This document shows positions 20,276-30,600 of a stretch of DNA of 64,000 nucleotides, one piece after another; within the stretch, counting starts at the first letter, position 1; the number at the start of each line of letters is the position of its first letter. The notes under the pieces are model-generated. The model was given only the letters and a program-made list of their open reading frames with translations, was not told where the DNA came from and made no database searches. Both the position numbers and the translations under genes were made by a program. Location: assembly GCA_026388655.1 (NCBI GenBank), contig JAPLJI010000057.1, positions 3,604 to 67,603 on the forward strand. Direction: 5' to 3'. Source of the stretch: Pseudomonadota bacterium (GTDB lineage Bacteria; Desulfobacterota; JAPLJL01).

Positions 20276-22144
20276 ATGGAAAAGTTAATTGTATCCTTAT
20301 TAATTTTTCTTCTTCCCTTATTTTCCCTTCCTTATCAGAATTTCTACAACTTCGAGCTGGGCAAGGAATTCCTGCTCTTTTTCCTTTCCTTTTCCGGCTT
20401 GGCTGTCTGGCTGGTCCGGAGCCTGTCCGCCGGGGAAATCCTTTACCGCCCGCACCGCCTTCACCTTTGCCTGGGGGCTTTCCTGCTCTGGACCGGGCTG
20501 TCCCTTTTCTTCGCCCCCAGCCCTTATTTCGCTTTCCACGGGTTGGCCGTGCTGCTGGCCGTAATCTCGGTGTACTGGCTCCTGGTTAACTGCCTCACCC
20601 GGGCCGAGGATTACTATTCCCTGCTTTTTCTCATTTCCATCTCCGCCGGGATCGTCGCCCTGCTGGGCCTCTTCCAGGCCGCCGGAATCTTCTGGGAAAG
20701 GATCCCCGACCTGTACGGGGAGCCCATGGTCACGGGCACCTTTGACCATGCCAACCATGCCGCCCAGTTTCTGGCACTTTCCCTCCCCCTGACCGCCGTT
20801 CTCCTGGGGACGGCCTCCACTCCCCGTCGCCTGGCGGCCGGGATTTCCTTTCTCCTCCAGATTTCCCTCCTGGTGCTCTCCCGCTCCCGGGCCGCCTGGG
20901 TCGCCGCCTTCCTGATCCTGCCCCCCGCCCTCTTCTTCCTCCTCCGTCCCTTCCGCCGACGTTTTCTGATTCTCCTCCTCGCCGTGGGGATAATCGTTTT
21001 CGGTCTCTTCCTGAAAATCCCCGAGACCGCCTCTCAGCGAACCCTCTTCACCCACCTGAAAACCCTCTTCTCGACCCAGTACAGCTCCAACCGGATCCGG
21101 CTGCTGGTCTGGCAAGACACCCTCGGCCTGATCCGTTCCCACCCCCTCCGGGGCGTCGGGGCGGAAAATTTCCCGGTCGAGTTTCCCCGGGCCCAGAGCG
21201 ATCGCCTGGCCCGCGAGCTGGCCCAGCTCGACCAGATCGCGGAAAGCCCTCACAACGATTATCTGCGGGTCCTGTCCGAAAGCGGACTGGTCGGGTTCGT
21301 TCTGCTCGCCGGCGCTTTCTGCTTTCTCTTCCTCCCCCTGATTCGCGCCCGGAAACTCCGAAACCTCCCGGAAGAAAATTCCCGCCTCCTTCTCGCCCTG
21401 ATCTTTGCTTCGGGCGCCCTGCTCCTGGATGCCTGTTTCGATCACCCTCTGACCAAGACCGCGCCGCTCGTGGTCCTGGCCCTCCTCGGCGCCGGCCTGG
21501 CCCGCCTGTCTCCCGCCGAGCCCAAAACCCGGATCATTTTCATCCGCCGCCCGCTGTTCCGCTGGCTTCTGGTTGTCCTGGTCCTGCTTCTTTACGGTGC
21601 CTTTCTGCTCCTCCTCGGCCGCGGGATCGCTTCCGACTATTACCGGGCCCGCTCCCGGGCCGAGGCCCGGACTTCCTACGCCGGGGCGATAGTCGCGATC
21701 GAAAAATCCCTGAAAATAAATTCCTTCAGCTACCTTTCCCACTTCCTTTATGGAAATTATCTTTCCAACCTCGGTAACGCCGGTCAGGACCCCCGGCTGC
21801 TTTCGCAAAGCCTGTCCGCCTACGAGCGGGCGTTGAAGCTTTACCCCACCTTCTACCCCGCCCGCCTGAACCAGGGGCAGGTCCTGCTCAAGCTCGGGCT
21901 CCCCCGGGAAGCCCAAAAAGCCCTGGAACAGGTCCTGGCGATTCAACCCTACCAGCCCCGGGCCAATTACCTGCTTTCCACCATTCTCCTGGGGCAGGGG
22001 GAAACCGCGGAAGCCCGCCGGCGTTTCCGCCTGGCCATCTCCCTCTGGCCTTGGCTCCAGGATGAAATCAAGGACAATCCCCGGTTCAAACCTTTATTCT
22101 CCGATCCCCCCGGTTTAAAATTAGAAACGGGGGAAAAACCATGA
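20276..22144 (+). CDS. O-antigen ligase/polymerase-family (Wzy_C-like) membrane protein with C-terminal TPR repeats
   Basis: Multiple TM helices and a periplasmic loop with the conserved H (SPHNDYLRVLSESG), followed by a TPR-like tail. The start is set at MEKLIV because the upstream extension covers a hairpin repeat. Confidence 0.65.
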   Translation: MEKLIVSLLIFLLPLFSLPYQNFYNFELGKEFLLFFLSFSGLAVWLVRSLSAGEILYRPHRLHLCLGAFLLWTGLSLFFAPSPYFAFHGLAVLLAVISVYWLLVNCLTRAEDYYSLLFLISISAGIVALLGLFQAAGIFWERIPDLYGEPMVTGTFDHANHAAQFLALSLPLTAVLLGTASTPRRLAAGISFLLQISLLVLSRSRAAWVAAFLILPPALFFLLRPFRRRFLILLLAVGIIVFGLFLKIPETASQRTLFTHLKTLFSTQYSSNRIRLLVWQDTLGLIRSHPLRGVGAENFPVEFPRAQSDRLARELAQLDQIAESPHNDYLRVLSESGLVGFVLLAGAFCFLFLPLIRARKLRNLPEENSRLLLALIFASGALLLDACFDHPLTKTAPLVVLALLGAGLARLSPAEPKTRIIFIRRPLFRWLLVVLVLLLYGAFLLLLGRGIASDYYRARSRAEARTSYAGAIVAIEKSLKINSFSYLSHFLYGNYLSNLGNAGQDPRLLSQSLSAYERALKLYPTFYPARLNQGQVLLKLGLPREAQKALEQVLAIQPYQPRANYLLSTILLGQGETAEARRRFRLAISLWPWLQDEIKDNPRFKPLFSDPPGLKLETGEKP

Positions 22145-23526
22145 ATATTGCCCAGGGCCGCGTCCGCCAGTCTTTCCTGATCGTGCTGGACGCCTGCTTT
22201 CTTTCCCTCTCCTGGATCGCCTCCTACTGGATCCGTTTCTGGCTGACCCCCCTCTTCGACAACCCGGTCAATCACTTTCGCCCTTACTTAATCGGGCTCC
22301 CGCTGATCATCGCTTCCTGGCTCCTGATCGGGGCCGGGCTGGGGCTCTACCGCCGCCCCCGCGAGCCCCAGGGGATCGAGCAGATCCGGTCCCTCCTGAA
22401 GCTCACCCTCCTGGGGCTCCTGGTCACCATGTCGATCTCTTTCCTCTTCCGGGAGTTCGAATTCGCCCGCTCCGTGGTCCTGGTCTCCTCGCTTTCCAAC
22501 CTGGTTTTTCTCGGGCTTTCCCGGGGCATTTTCCGCCGGATCGAAAAATACCTGAAGGCCGAGGGACGGGACGGGGTCAAAGTCCTGATCGTGGGCGCCG
22601 GTTACGCCGGGGCCCGGATCCTGCAGAAACTGCAGGACCACCCCACCACCACCTACCGGGTGGTCGGATTCCTCGACGATAGTCCCGACAAGAAGGACTT
22701 CTCCATCGGCAAGGCCCGGGTGATCGGCCGGCTTAACGAAATCCGCAAGGTGGTCCAGTCCGAAGGGCTCGAAGAAATTTTCGTGGCCATCCCCAATCTC
22801 CCCCACTCCCAGATCCTCCAGCTGGTCATGGAATGCGAGGGCTTGGACGTGAATTTTCACATCGTATCCGATCTCTTCGGCGTCCTGGCCCACGAAACCC
22901 GGATCGAGCTCCTGGAGGACTTCCCCATTTTCGATCTCTCGAGCGGCCAGACTGACCGTTCCTATCGGGTGGCGAAAAGGGCTTTCGATCTCGCCCTGAC
23001 CCTGCCCGCCTCCCTGGTTTTCTTTCTCACCTACCCCCTCATCGCCCTGGCCATCCGCCTCGAGTCCCGGGGCCCGATGATCTTCAAGCAGGAAAGGGTC
23101 GGCCTGGGAGGAAAGGTTTTTATCCTTTATAAATACCGGACCATGTTCATCGACACCGCCGCTTACTCCGAGGCTCCCCGCCAGGAGGGCGATTCCCGGG
23201 TCACCCGCGTGGGCCGCTTCCTCCGGAAGACGAGTCTCGACGAGCTCCCCAACCTGCTCAACGTTCTCCGGGGGGACATGAGTCTGGTGGGACCCCGCCC
23301 GGAGATGCCCTTCATCGTGGAGAAATACCAGGAATGGCAGCGCAAGCGGCTGGAGGTCAAGCCCGGCCTGACCGGGCTCTGGCAGATTTTGGGGAGGAAG
23401 GACCTGCCCCTGCACGAAAACCTCGAGTACGACTTTTATTACATCAAGAACCGCTCCTTGCTTCTGGATTTCACGATTCTCTTGAGGACCATCCCGGCCC
23501 TGCTCATCACTCGCGGGGCGTACTAA
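22141..23526 (+). CDS. Polyprenyl-phosphate hexose-1-phosphate transferase (bacterial sugar transferase, WbaP/PssY-like)
   Basis: N-terminal TM segments, a Rossmann-like linker, and the C-terminal Bac_transf domain ([24 protein letters not shown]...SLVGPRPE). ATGA overlap with the upstream gene. Confidence 0.8.
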   Translation: MNIAQGRVRQSFLIVLDACFLSLSWIASYWIRFWLTPLFDNPVNHFRPYLIGLPLIIASWLLIGAGLGLYRRPREPQGIEQIRSLLKLTLLGLLVTMSISFLFREFEFARSVVLVSSLSNLVFLGLSRGIFRRIEKYLKAEGRDGVKVLIVGAGYAGARILQKLQDHPTTTYRVVGFLDDSPDKKDFSIGKARVIGRLNEIRKVVQSEGLEEIFVAIPNLPHSQILQLVMECEGLDVNFHIVSDLFGVLAHETRIELLEDFPIFDLSSGQTDRSYRVAKRAFDLALTLPASLVFFLTYPLIALAIRLESRGPMIFKQERVGLGGKVFILYKYRTMFIDTAAYSEAPRQEGDSRVTRVGRFLRKTSLDELPNLLNVLRGDMSLVGPRPEMPFIVEKYQEWQRKRLEVKPGLTGLWQILGRKDLPLHENLEYDFYYIKNRSLLLDFTILLRTIPALLITRGAY

Positions 23527-23624
23527 TAAAACATTTTCCCGCCTGCCCGGAAGGAAATTATCGGTTATAATAATTATATAGTTTGGTGGTTGTTCGTTGT
23601 GCCCACATAACCTCGTCAATAAAT

Positions 23625-23930
23625 ATGAATAAATTTGGAATTGCCCTCCCCGTAGAACAAATAAAATCTTTCTGCCAAAAGTGGAAAGTAAAGGAATTCT
23701 CACTCTTCGGCTCCGTACTTCGTCCCGATTTCAATCCCGAAAGCGACGTGGATGTTCTAGTGGTCTTTGCCGAAAATGCTGGCTGGGATCTCTGGGACAT
23801 CATCGAGATGCGGGATGAGCTGAAAACCATTTTTGGCCGGGAAGTGGATCTGGTGGAAAAACGCGCCCTGCGGAATCCTTTCCGGAAGCATGAAATCCTT
23901 CAGACCCACGAGATCGTCTATGCCTCCTGA
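23625..23930 (+). CDS. mntA: MntA-type nucleotidyltransferase antitoxin
   Basis: FGSVLRPD...SDVDVLVVF is the minimal nucleotidyltransferase (GS-x9-DxD) signature. The ORF extends upstream to 23583. Its stop overlaps the start of the next gene. Confidence 0.75.
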   Translation: MNKFGIALPVEQIKSFCQKWKVKEFSLFGSVLRPDFNPESDVDVLVVFAENAGWDLWDIIEMRDELKTIFGREVDLVEKRALRNPFRKHEILQTHEIVYAS

Positions 23931-24285
23931 AAAACGCGACCCAGCTCTCCTGTGGGACATCCTTAACACCGCCAAAAAGACGATCAAATCCATCGAAGGG
24001 CTTGAACTCAAGGATTACTTGGCGGATGAGAACCTCAGACTGACGGTTGAACGCCGGATCGAAATTATCGGGGAAGCCGCCCGGCGAACCAGCGAAGCAT
24101 TCCGGAACAGCCATCCCGAGATCCCTTGGAAATCAATGATCGGCCAGCGCAACGTGATGGCCCACGAGTATGACGAGATTGATCACGAGCGGGTATACAA
24201 TCTTGTCAAGCAACACCTGCCAGCATTGGTCAGCCTTCTGGAACCGCTCGTCCCTCCTCCTCCACCGGAAGAAAAAGTCTCCTAA
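23920..24285 (+). CDS. hepT: HepT-type HEPN toxin (DUF86)
   Basis: Contains RNVMAHEY, an R-x4-H-x-Y HEPN motif. ATGCCTCCTGA overlap with mntA. The long ORF from 23833 is probably an upstream extension. Confidence 0.75.
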   Translation: MPPEKRDPALLWDILNTAKKTIKSIEGLELKDYLADENLRLTVERRIEIIGEAARRTSEAFRNSHPEIPWKSMIGQRNVMAHEYDEIDHERVYNLVKQHLPALVSLLEPLVPPPPPEEKVS

Positions 24286-24589
24286 CGATTTCTCGGATTT
24301 CCCAACCTCATCGTAATAAATATACGTTCTGCCCTCCGCCTGCAGGGGGTAATAAACCCAACCCCAAGGTAGGTTTAGATCAAGATTATTAAAAAGCGCC
24401 AAATATTGGGGAGTCTTTCAAGGTAAACCCCTATTTACCCTATACCTTGAGAGTTCTTCCCTCGATCCCGAAGGTCTCGGGACTGAAGGGAGGGACGAAA
24501 ACCCCGGAGGGATGGGAAAAGAACCCAAATGGGCAGGATAAAAACCTCTACGAGCCCCCGTCTCGAATTTTATGAGATTGTCTGAGTAT

Positions 24590-24961
24590 TTAGCGAAAAA
24601 CCTTTAAAAGAAAGAGATTCAATCTTCTCAATTTATCTTTACTTGCATGCCGAAGCAAAGAAATGATATTTATCATAACTTCTTCTTTTTCCTTTTCATT
24701 TGGCAGAAGATCGAATGAGAAAAGTTCCCCAAGTTTAACCCCAAGAACACTGGCAAGATTATCCATTGTTTTCAAGGTAACATTTATCTGGCCCCTCTCT
24801 ATCGCCCCATAATATTTAGGATTAATCCCGCCTCGTTCAGCCACTTCCTCTTGAGTTAAACCTTTGGCTTTTCTTATTGATCTCAGCCTTTCCCCAAAAG
24901 CCTTATAAATATTTACCAAATCCCACCTCCTGGTTTTTATAGTAGGAGGTTGGATTAACAA
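24590..24961 (-). CDS. XRE-family helix-turn-helix transcriptional regulator
   Basis: LRSIRKAKGLTQEEVAERGGINPKYYGAIERGQINVTLKTMDNLASVLGV is a classic HTH_3 domain. It is divergent from the two downstream plus-strand genes. Confidence 0.75.
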   Translation of the reverse strand: MLIQPPTIKTRRWDLVNIYKAFGERLRSIRKAKGLTQEEVAERGGINPKYYGAIERGQINVTLKTMDNLASVLGVKLGELFSFDLLPNEKEKEEVMINIISLLRHASKDKLRRLNLFLLKVFR

Positions 24962-25229
24962 GCAAAACCATATTATAAATAGGATTGTTTGTTGATTATC
25001 CTATTTATATATGGTATTTATAATTTCATAGAAGGGCATGACCGGTTATTTCTTTAACTTCGTGGGTAATAAAAGGTTTTATTTTAATTCCAATGAATGA
25101 TAAATGGCGAAAAGGAATCATAAACTTAGATGATTCAAAATCAATTTACTTAAGAGCCCCTCCTTGTTTTGGGTAGGGGAAGTTACTTTTTAAAAAAATA
25201 AATATAAATACCAATAAGGGGGGCACAAA

Positions 25230-25628
25230 ATGTTCAAAAGGTTGAGTTTGATTTGCGGTTCGATTCTTTTTTCATTATTGATTGGTTGCGCGGTTAATGG
25301 AACTATTCCAAAAAATTATTACATTAGCACGGGGACTTTAACTACACCGGATTATCAATTGAGAGAATCGGTAAGTGGACAAAGTTGCTCCGGTTTTTAT
25401 CTTTGGGGTTTTAAAGGTGGGAAAATTGGCAGCGTTCAGGAAGCGATAGAAAATGCAATAAAAAATAATCCGAGGTTACGGGAACAAGGTGATGGAATTG
25501 TGATGTATAAGGAGAAAACCAGTCTTACTGCTTACGCTTTTTTATGTCTCTTAACTTATGGATTGGTTTGCCCAAATGTTAATTGTGTTAATGTTCAAGG
25601 AACTATGGTAAAGAAATTCGAAAAGTAG
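25230..25628 (+). CDS. Small predicted lipoprotein of unknown function
   Basis: Signal peptide with lipobox LLIGC. AT-rich. It lies between the XRE regulator and the HEPN-like gene. Confidence 0.5.
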   Translation: MFKRLSLICGSILFSLLIGCAVNGTIPKNYYISTGTLTTPDYQLRESVSGQSCSGFYLWGFKGGKIGSVQEAIENAIKNNPRLREQGDGIVMYKEKTSLTAYAFLCLLTYGLVCPNVNCVNVQGTMVKKFEK

Positions 25629-25714
25629 TTTTGTTTGAAATAAGTTCGCAGTCCTCATCCTTTTCGGGGGTGTAGTAGTGGCCCTCAACGACCGCCCCAC
25701 AGGGAAGAATTATC

Positions 25715-26569
25715 ATGAGCGACCTGATTTTTGAAATAACGAATTTTTCTTTTTTCGAGCAACTGGAATTCGGGAGAATAAGAGTAATTCCTAAAAACGA
25801 TGCAGAAAATTATTTAAAAGAATTAAAGGAAAAAGCAAATCGAAGTGGTTTTTTTCTGCCGCCAGATAATACGCCTACGCATGAAGTCACAATTGGGCCA
25901 TCTTCATGCCGGGAATCAAATCAAGATATGGAGTTTGTTTGCTGGTTACTTTCCTTCTTCAGTAAGCGATTGGTTCTCGGCTGGGATAGGGTTTATCATA
26001 ATCCGACAAATGTTGTTAATAAATGCTTAATTCCAAATAAGTCAAATTTGGAGAAAGTCTTAAAGCATTTTCTTGAAAGGTATGACTGCGCATATTATAG
26101 GAAGGTTCGGAGTAAGTATTTCAAATTTAATCCAAAAGAAGAATTTGAAGAACAGGCAATATTAAGAGCTATCCTGTATCAGCATGTTAGGCAGTATGAT
26201 TATTGGAGTAAGGACTGGATCCATGCCGCAATCGCATTTATGGAACATGACAACTTAAAAATGGTATTAGCAAATCATTCTGGCGATTACGAATTAGATG
26301 GCAAAAAACTTTTCAATAAATATGGACTTTATCAACCCAAAAAAGCCAATGAATTTCGCGATCTAAGAAATGAATTTTTCCATCGGGGAACATTTTATGG
26401 GGTTCTGTTTGATTTAAATGGAAACATTAAAAGTAATGACTTAATGAAAGAGATGACCCACCTTCGAGCACTTAACCAGCGTTTAGTATGCTTGGCTTTT
26501 GATTATGAGAATAAATTTACCAAAACCCCTTGGGACGATCGAGCAACTCACCCATTTGACATCATTTAA
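25715..26569 (+). CDS. Uncharacterised 284-aa protein with a C-terminal R-x4-H motif; candidate HEPN-domain Abi2/AbiD-like abortive-infection effector
   Basis: FRDLRNEFFHRG (R218-x4-H223) resembles the phi-RNxxxH HEPN signature. Low GC, no TM helices. Sits in an island with another HEPN toxin and an XRE regulator. Confidence 0.4.
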   Translation: MSDLIFEITNFSFFEQLEFGRIRVIPKNDAENYLKELKEKANRSGFFLPPDNTPTHEVTIGPSSCRESNQDMEFVCWLLSFFSKRLVLGWDRVYHNPTNVVNKCLIPNKSNLEKVLKHFLERYDCAYYRKVRSKYFKFNPKEEFEEQAILRAILYQHVRQYDYWSKDWIHAAIAFMEHDNLKMVLANHSGDYELDGKKLFNKYGLYQPKKANEFRDLRNEFFHRGTFYGVLFDLNGNIKSNDLMKEMTHLRALNQRLVCLAFDYENKFTKTPWDDRATHPFDII

Positions 26570-26882
26570 TTTCATCTGTCGCGGAAATTCGAGGGTCATC
26601 TAATGAATCTCCCTGCGGCAGAGACCGCAGGGTATCTGGGAAGGAAGCCTTCATCCCCGTGGCAAGACCACGGGGAATTCGGCAAAATCCTTGGTTAAAA
26701 GTCGCCCTAAAAAAGCTGCTTCTCTTTTCTAAAGATAAAATTTTTATTTTAATTCTCAATCTCGGTAAGAAAGAAATTTAGTTCTGGATTTTCCGCTTCT
26801 CAATTTATTTTCACCCTCCCCCTACTTCGCTAATCCATCCTTCGCTAAAGCTTCGGAGGACAGGAGCTTCGAAGGGCAGGCC

Positions 26883-26925
26883 ATCGTCCCCTCCCATCAA
26901 GGGAGGGGACGATGATTTTTATTAA
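26883..26925 (+). terminator. Perfect GC-rich hairpin followed by a T-run (catcgtcccctccc-atcaa-gggaggggacgatg-atttttatt)
   Basis: 14-bp perfect stem and a U-tract, lying downstream of the 25715-26569 gene. Confidence 0.5.
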
Positions 26926-26957
26926 CAATAACTTCCTGCCCACCCGTTAAAACAAGC

Positions 26958-26993
26958 AGTCTACTCTAAAGTAGACTACTCCAAAGTAGACTA
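26958..26993. repeat. Tandem palindromic site agtctactctaaagtagact / actccaaagtagacta
   Basis: 7-bp inverted repeat arms AGTCTAC...GTAGACT, with the GTAGACTA half-site repeated 16 bp later. Lies in ORF-free AT-rich DNA. Confidence 0.5.
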
Positions 26994-27406
26994 AACTTTC
27001 ATTGGTTATGATGAACCTGATTTCCTCATTTCTTGGCGGCGAGAATACCGGCGACTTGCGGGCGAAGTTCTTTCTCAAACTATTACCATAATGAAGAAAA
27101 TAACTATGTTTTATTATATTTTCTATGGCAAATGTTCGTGTAAGTCAAACAATTTCCATTTGTAATCTAATCGATAGTACAATGAAAAAACACTCTTTAG
27201 TGAATTACCCCGCTCTTACGGGCAAGGCATCACGGACAATCGTTACGTTTTAGCTTTTGTTAAAATGCTGGTAGGGGCCGATGCCCCCATCGGCCCACAT
27301 AATTGGTGCGTTCGGGGAACGCACCCTACAAAAAACCGTTGCAATGAAGCTCCCCGCGGCAAGACCGCGGGGTATCTAAATCAAAAAGACTCTTATGTTG
27401 TCTATC

Positions 27407-27474
27407 GTCATTCCTGCGGAAGCAGGAATCCAGAAAAACAAAAAAACTAGATTCCGCATCAAGTGCGGAATGAC
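27407..27474. repeat. GTCATTCC-hairpin repeat (short copy)
   Basis: gtcattcctgcggaagcaggaatccag ... gattccgcatcaagtgcggaatgac. Confidence 0.7.
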
Positions 27475-27601
27475 GGAATAAGGCAACCCTGTGGCAAGAC
27501 CACGGGGAATGGCAAGTTCATCCCCGCCCTTGACGGGGTTTTCGTATTTAACTATGAACGTTGAACCGTGAATCTTTAACCGGCCTATTTACAAAAACGA
27601 A

Positions 27602-30600
27602 TTATTTGTCCTGCCCCATTTCCTTGAGGACCTGGCGGAGTTCGTTCCAGTGCCGCTTGCTCTCCAGGCGGGAAAGGAGGGTCATGGCGCAGGGGACCAC
27701 GAAGAGGGTGAGGAGGGTGGAGACCAGCACACCCCCGATCACCGCGATCGCCATCGGGATCCGGATCTCCGCACCCGGGCCCAGGGCCAGGGCCGGCGGG
27801 ATGGCCGCGGCGATGGTGGCGATCGAGGTCATTAAAATCGGGCGGAGCCGGATCGGGCAGGCGTCCAGCAGGGCCTCCCGGAGCTCCATCCCCTGCTCGC
27901 GGCGCTTGTTGGTGAAATCCACCAGGAGGATGGAATTCTTTTTCACGATCCCCATGAGCAGGATCAGCCCGATCATGCTGTAAATATTGAGCGAGCGGCC
28001 AGCCAGATAGAGGGCGATGAACGCCCCCGAGACGCTGAAGGGCAGGGCCAGGAGCACGGTGACGGGATGGACAAAGCTCTTGAACTGGGAGCCCAGAACC
28101 ATGTACGCCACCACGATTCCCAGGATGAGGGCGAAAATCAGGCTCTGAAACGATTCGGTGAAGGTCTGCGCGCTTCCGGCCAGGACGGTCCGGTAGCCCT
28201 CCGGAAGCACCTGCTTGCCGATTTTTTCGACCGTGGCGATGGCCTCGGCCTGGGATTTCCCGGGAGCGATATTCGCCGTGATCCGTACGGCCCGCTCGCG
28301 GTTCCGGCGCGTGATCGACACCACCGTGGGCTTCTCGACCACCTTCACCACCTCGGAGAGACGCAGGAGTTCCCCGCGGTTGTTCCGGATCCAGATCCGG
28401 CCGATATCCTTGGTCTTGTTTCTTTCCTCCGAGGCCAGCCGAACCCGGATATCGTAACGGCGTTCCCCCTCGGTGTACTGGCCTACCCGGACCCCGCCGA
28501 TCAGTGAATTGATCGACCGGGCCACCGTGGCCACGTCCACCCCGTGTTCCCCGCAGGCCTCCCGGTCCGGGAGCACCCGGATCTCGGGCGCGCCGATCAC
28601 ATAGTCGGTATCGATATCAACCATCAGGCCGGAAACCTCCATCTGCTTCATGATCTCCCGGGAAAACCCCACCAGTCTGTCCCAGTCCGGGCCCCGCACG
28701 GTGAACTCGATCGGGAACCCGCGCATGGAGGCGAAACCCGACATCGAGGGATCCTGGATCACTACCTTGCGCAAGCCCTGGATCTTATTCAGGCCGGCGC
28801 GCCAGACCCCCATCAGCTCCTGCTGGGTCAGAGGGGCCTTCCGGGGAGGAACCACGGGCCGCTCCTTGAAGGGGTAAAGGGTCACGAACATCATCCCCGT
28901 GTTCACATCCCCGCCGCCCATGCCCCCGATGTCGCCGAAATAACGGAGCACCTCCGGACGGTGCGAGAGATAATCCTCAATCTGTTTTAAGGCGGCATCG
29001 GTATAGGCCAGGGAGGAGCCCGGCGGGGCCTGGAAACGGATGAGGAGGATACCCTGGTCCTGGGGCGGGATAAACTCCTTTTTCAGGCGGGGTAGAAATT
29101 GATAATAGGACGCGAAGAAAAAGGCCGCCGCCCCGAGAAGCACCAGCCACCGGTATTCCAACGCCCCGGAAAGGGCGTAACGGTAACCCTTCCGGAGGGC
29201 GTCCATCCCGCGGTCCACCCCCCGCCCGAGAAACGTCCGCCGTCCGACCTTCAGGAATTGGGAGGTTCGCATTGGGGTCAGGGTCAGGGCCTCGAGCAGC
29301 GAGAGCAACACCGCGACCGACATCGTCACCCCAAACTGGAAGAAATACTTTCCGATAATCCCGGACATGAAAGCCACCGGGACGAAGATGGCCAGCACCG
29401 CGATCGAGGTGGCGATCGCGGCGAAGGTGATCTCGTTGGCCCCGGTCATGGCCGCCTTGATCCGGCTCAACCCCTTTTCCCGGTAACGGCTGATGTTTTC
29501 GAGCATCATGATCGCGTCGTCGACTACGATCCCCACCGCCAGGGTCAGCCCCAGGATGGTAAAGGTGTTCAGGGTAAATCCGAGAAAATAAATGACAATG
29601 AAGGAACCGATGATCGAGGTGGGAATGGCCAGGAGGATGTTGATCGTGGCCGTCCAGGAGCCCAGGAAAAACCAGCAGACCAGGGAGGTCAGGAGCGCGG
29701 ACAGGATCAGGGTGAAATTCATCTCCCCGACCGCCTCCTCGGTGAACTTGGTGGTATCGAAATTCAGGGCCAGTTCCATCCCCGCGGGCAGTTCCTTCTG
29801 GACCTCGGCCATGCGCTTCTTGACCTCGTGGGCCACCGCCACCGCGTTGGAACCCCGCTGCTTACGGATACCCAACCCGACCGCGGTATCGCCCATGGTC
29901 CGGGAGAGGCGGCGGATATCGGCCAGGCCTTCTTCCACCCTCCCCACGTCCTTGAGCCGGAGGATCTTGAAAATCGGCCCGCCTCCGGCCCGGGCGGGGA
30001 TGATGATGTTTTCAAATTCCTTGACGTCCCCCGCCTCCCCGGTCACCCGGACGTTTCTTTCCCGCTCCGAGCCTTCGATCAGCCCGGCCGGGAGCTCCAC
30101 GTGCTGCATCTGGATCGCGTTCATCACGTCATCGACCGTGATCTCGAGCCGCTCCATCTTCTTCGCGTCGAGCCAGACCCGCAGGTTCGGATCCGTGAAT
30201 CCTCCCAGGAAGACCTCGCCGACGCCGGAAATGGTCTGGAATTTGTCCTTCAGGTGATCGCGGGTGTATTCCATCAGCTCCCGGAGGGACTTTTTCCCCC
30301 GGAGCGAGAGCCAGAGGATGGGCTGGTCCTCGGGGTTGGACTTATGATATTCGACCGGGTCCATCTCCCGCGGGAGATCCCGCGCAATCTGGGCCAGGCG
30401 GGCCTGGATCTCCTGGAGGGCCACATCAATGTTCTTGCTCAGGACGAACTCCACCGAGATCGAGGCCCGGCCGTACCTCGCCGAGGAGGAAACCTCCTTG
30501 ACCCCCTCGATCCCCATGATCGCCTCTTCCATCTGATCCACGATCTCGGTTTCCATCACCTCCGGGGCGGCTCCCTGCATCAGGGCGGAGATACCGATGA

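Noticed and set aside
20318-21946. 542-aa ORF on the minus strand opposite the O-antigen ligase gene
   Set aside because: Gly/Pro/Glu-rich low-complexity translation typical of a shadow ORF in high-GC DNA. The plus-strand gene has a coherent TM and TPR architecture.
23583-23624. N-terminal 14-aa extension of the MntA ORF (MVVVRCAHITSSIN)
   Set aside because: MNT-family proteins begin close to the conserved FGS motif, so the internal Met (MNKFGIALP) is the more plausible start.
22288-23703. 471-aa minus-strand ORF opposite the sugar-transferase gene
   Set aside because: Antisense shadow ORF with no motifs. The plus-strand Bac_transf domain is unambiguous.
23833-23919. Upstream extension of the HepT ORF (MAGKWIWW...) overlapping mntA
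   Set aside because: The ATG at 23920 gives the canonical 4-11 nt stop/start overlap and a HepT of typical length (~120 aa). The extension lies entirely within mntA in another frame.
24133-24402. 89-aa minus-strand ORF overlapping the 3' end of hepT
   Set aside because: No motifs, antisense overlap with the HEPN toxin gene, and ends in a repeat-like spacer.
26611-27540. Possible CRISPR array suggested by recurring 21-bp GC-rich repeat CCCYGYGGCARGACCRCRGGG
   Set aside because: Only four copies with highly irregular spacing of 22, 677 and 115 bp between copies. The repeats are perfect palindromes, more like REP hairpins, and no cas genes are nearby.
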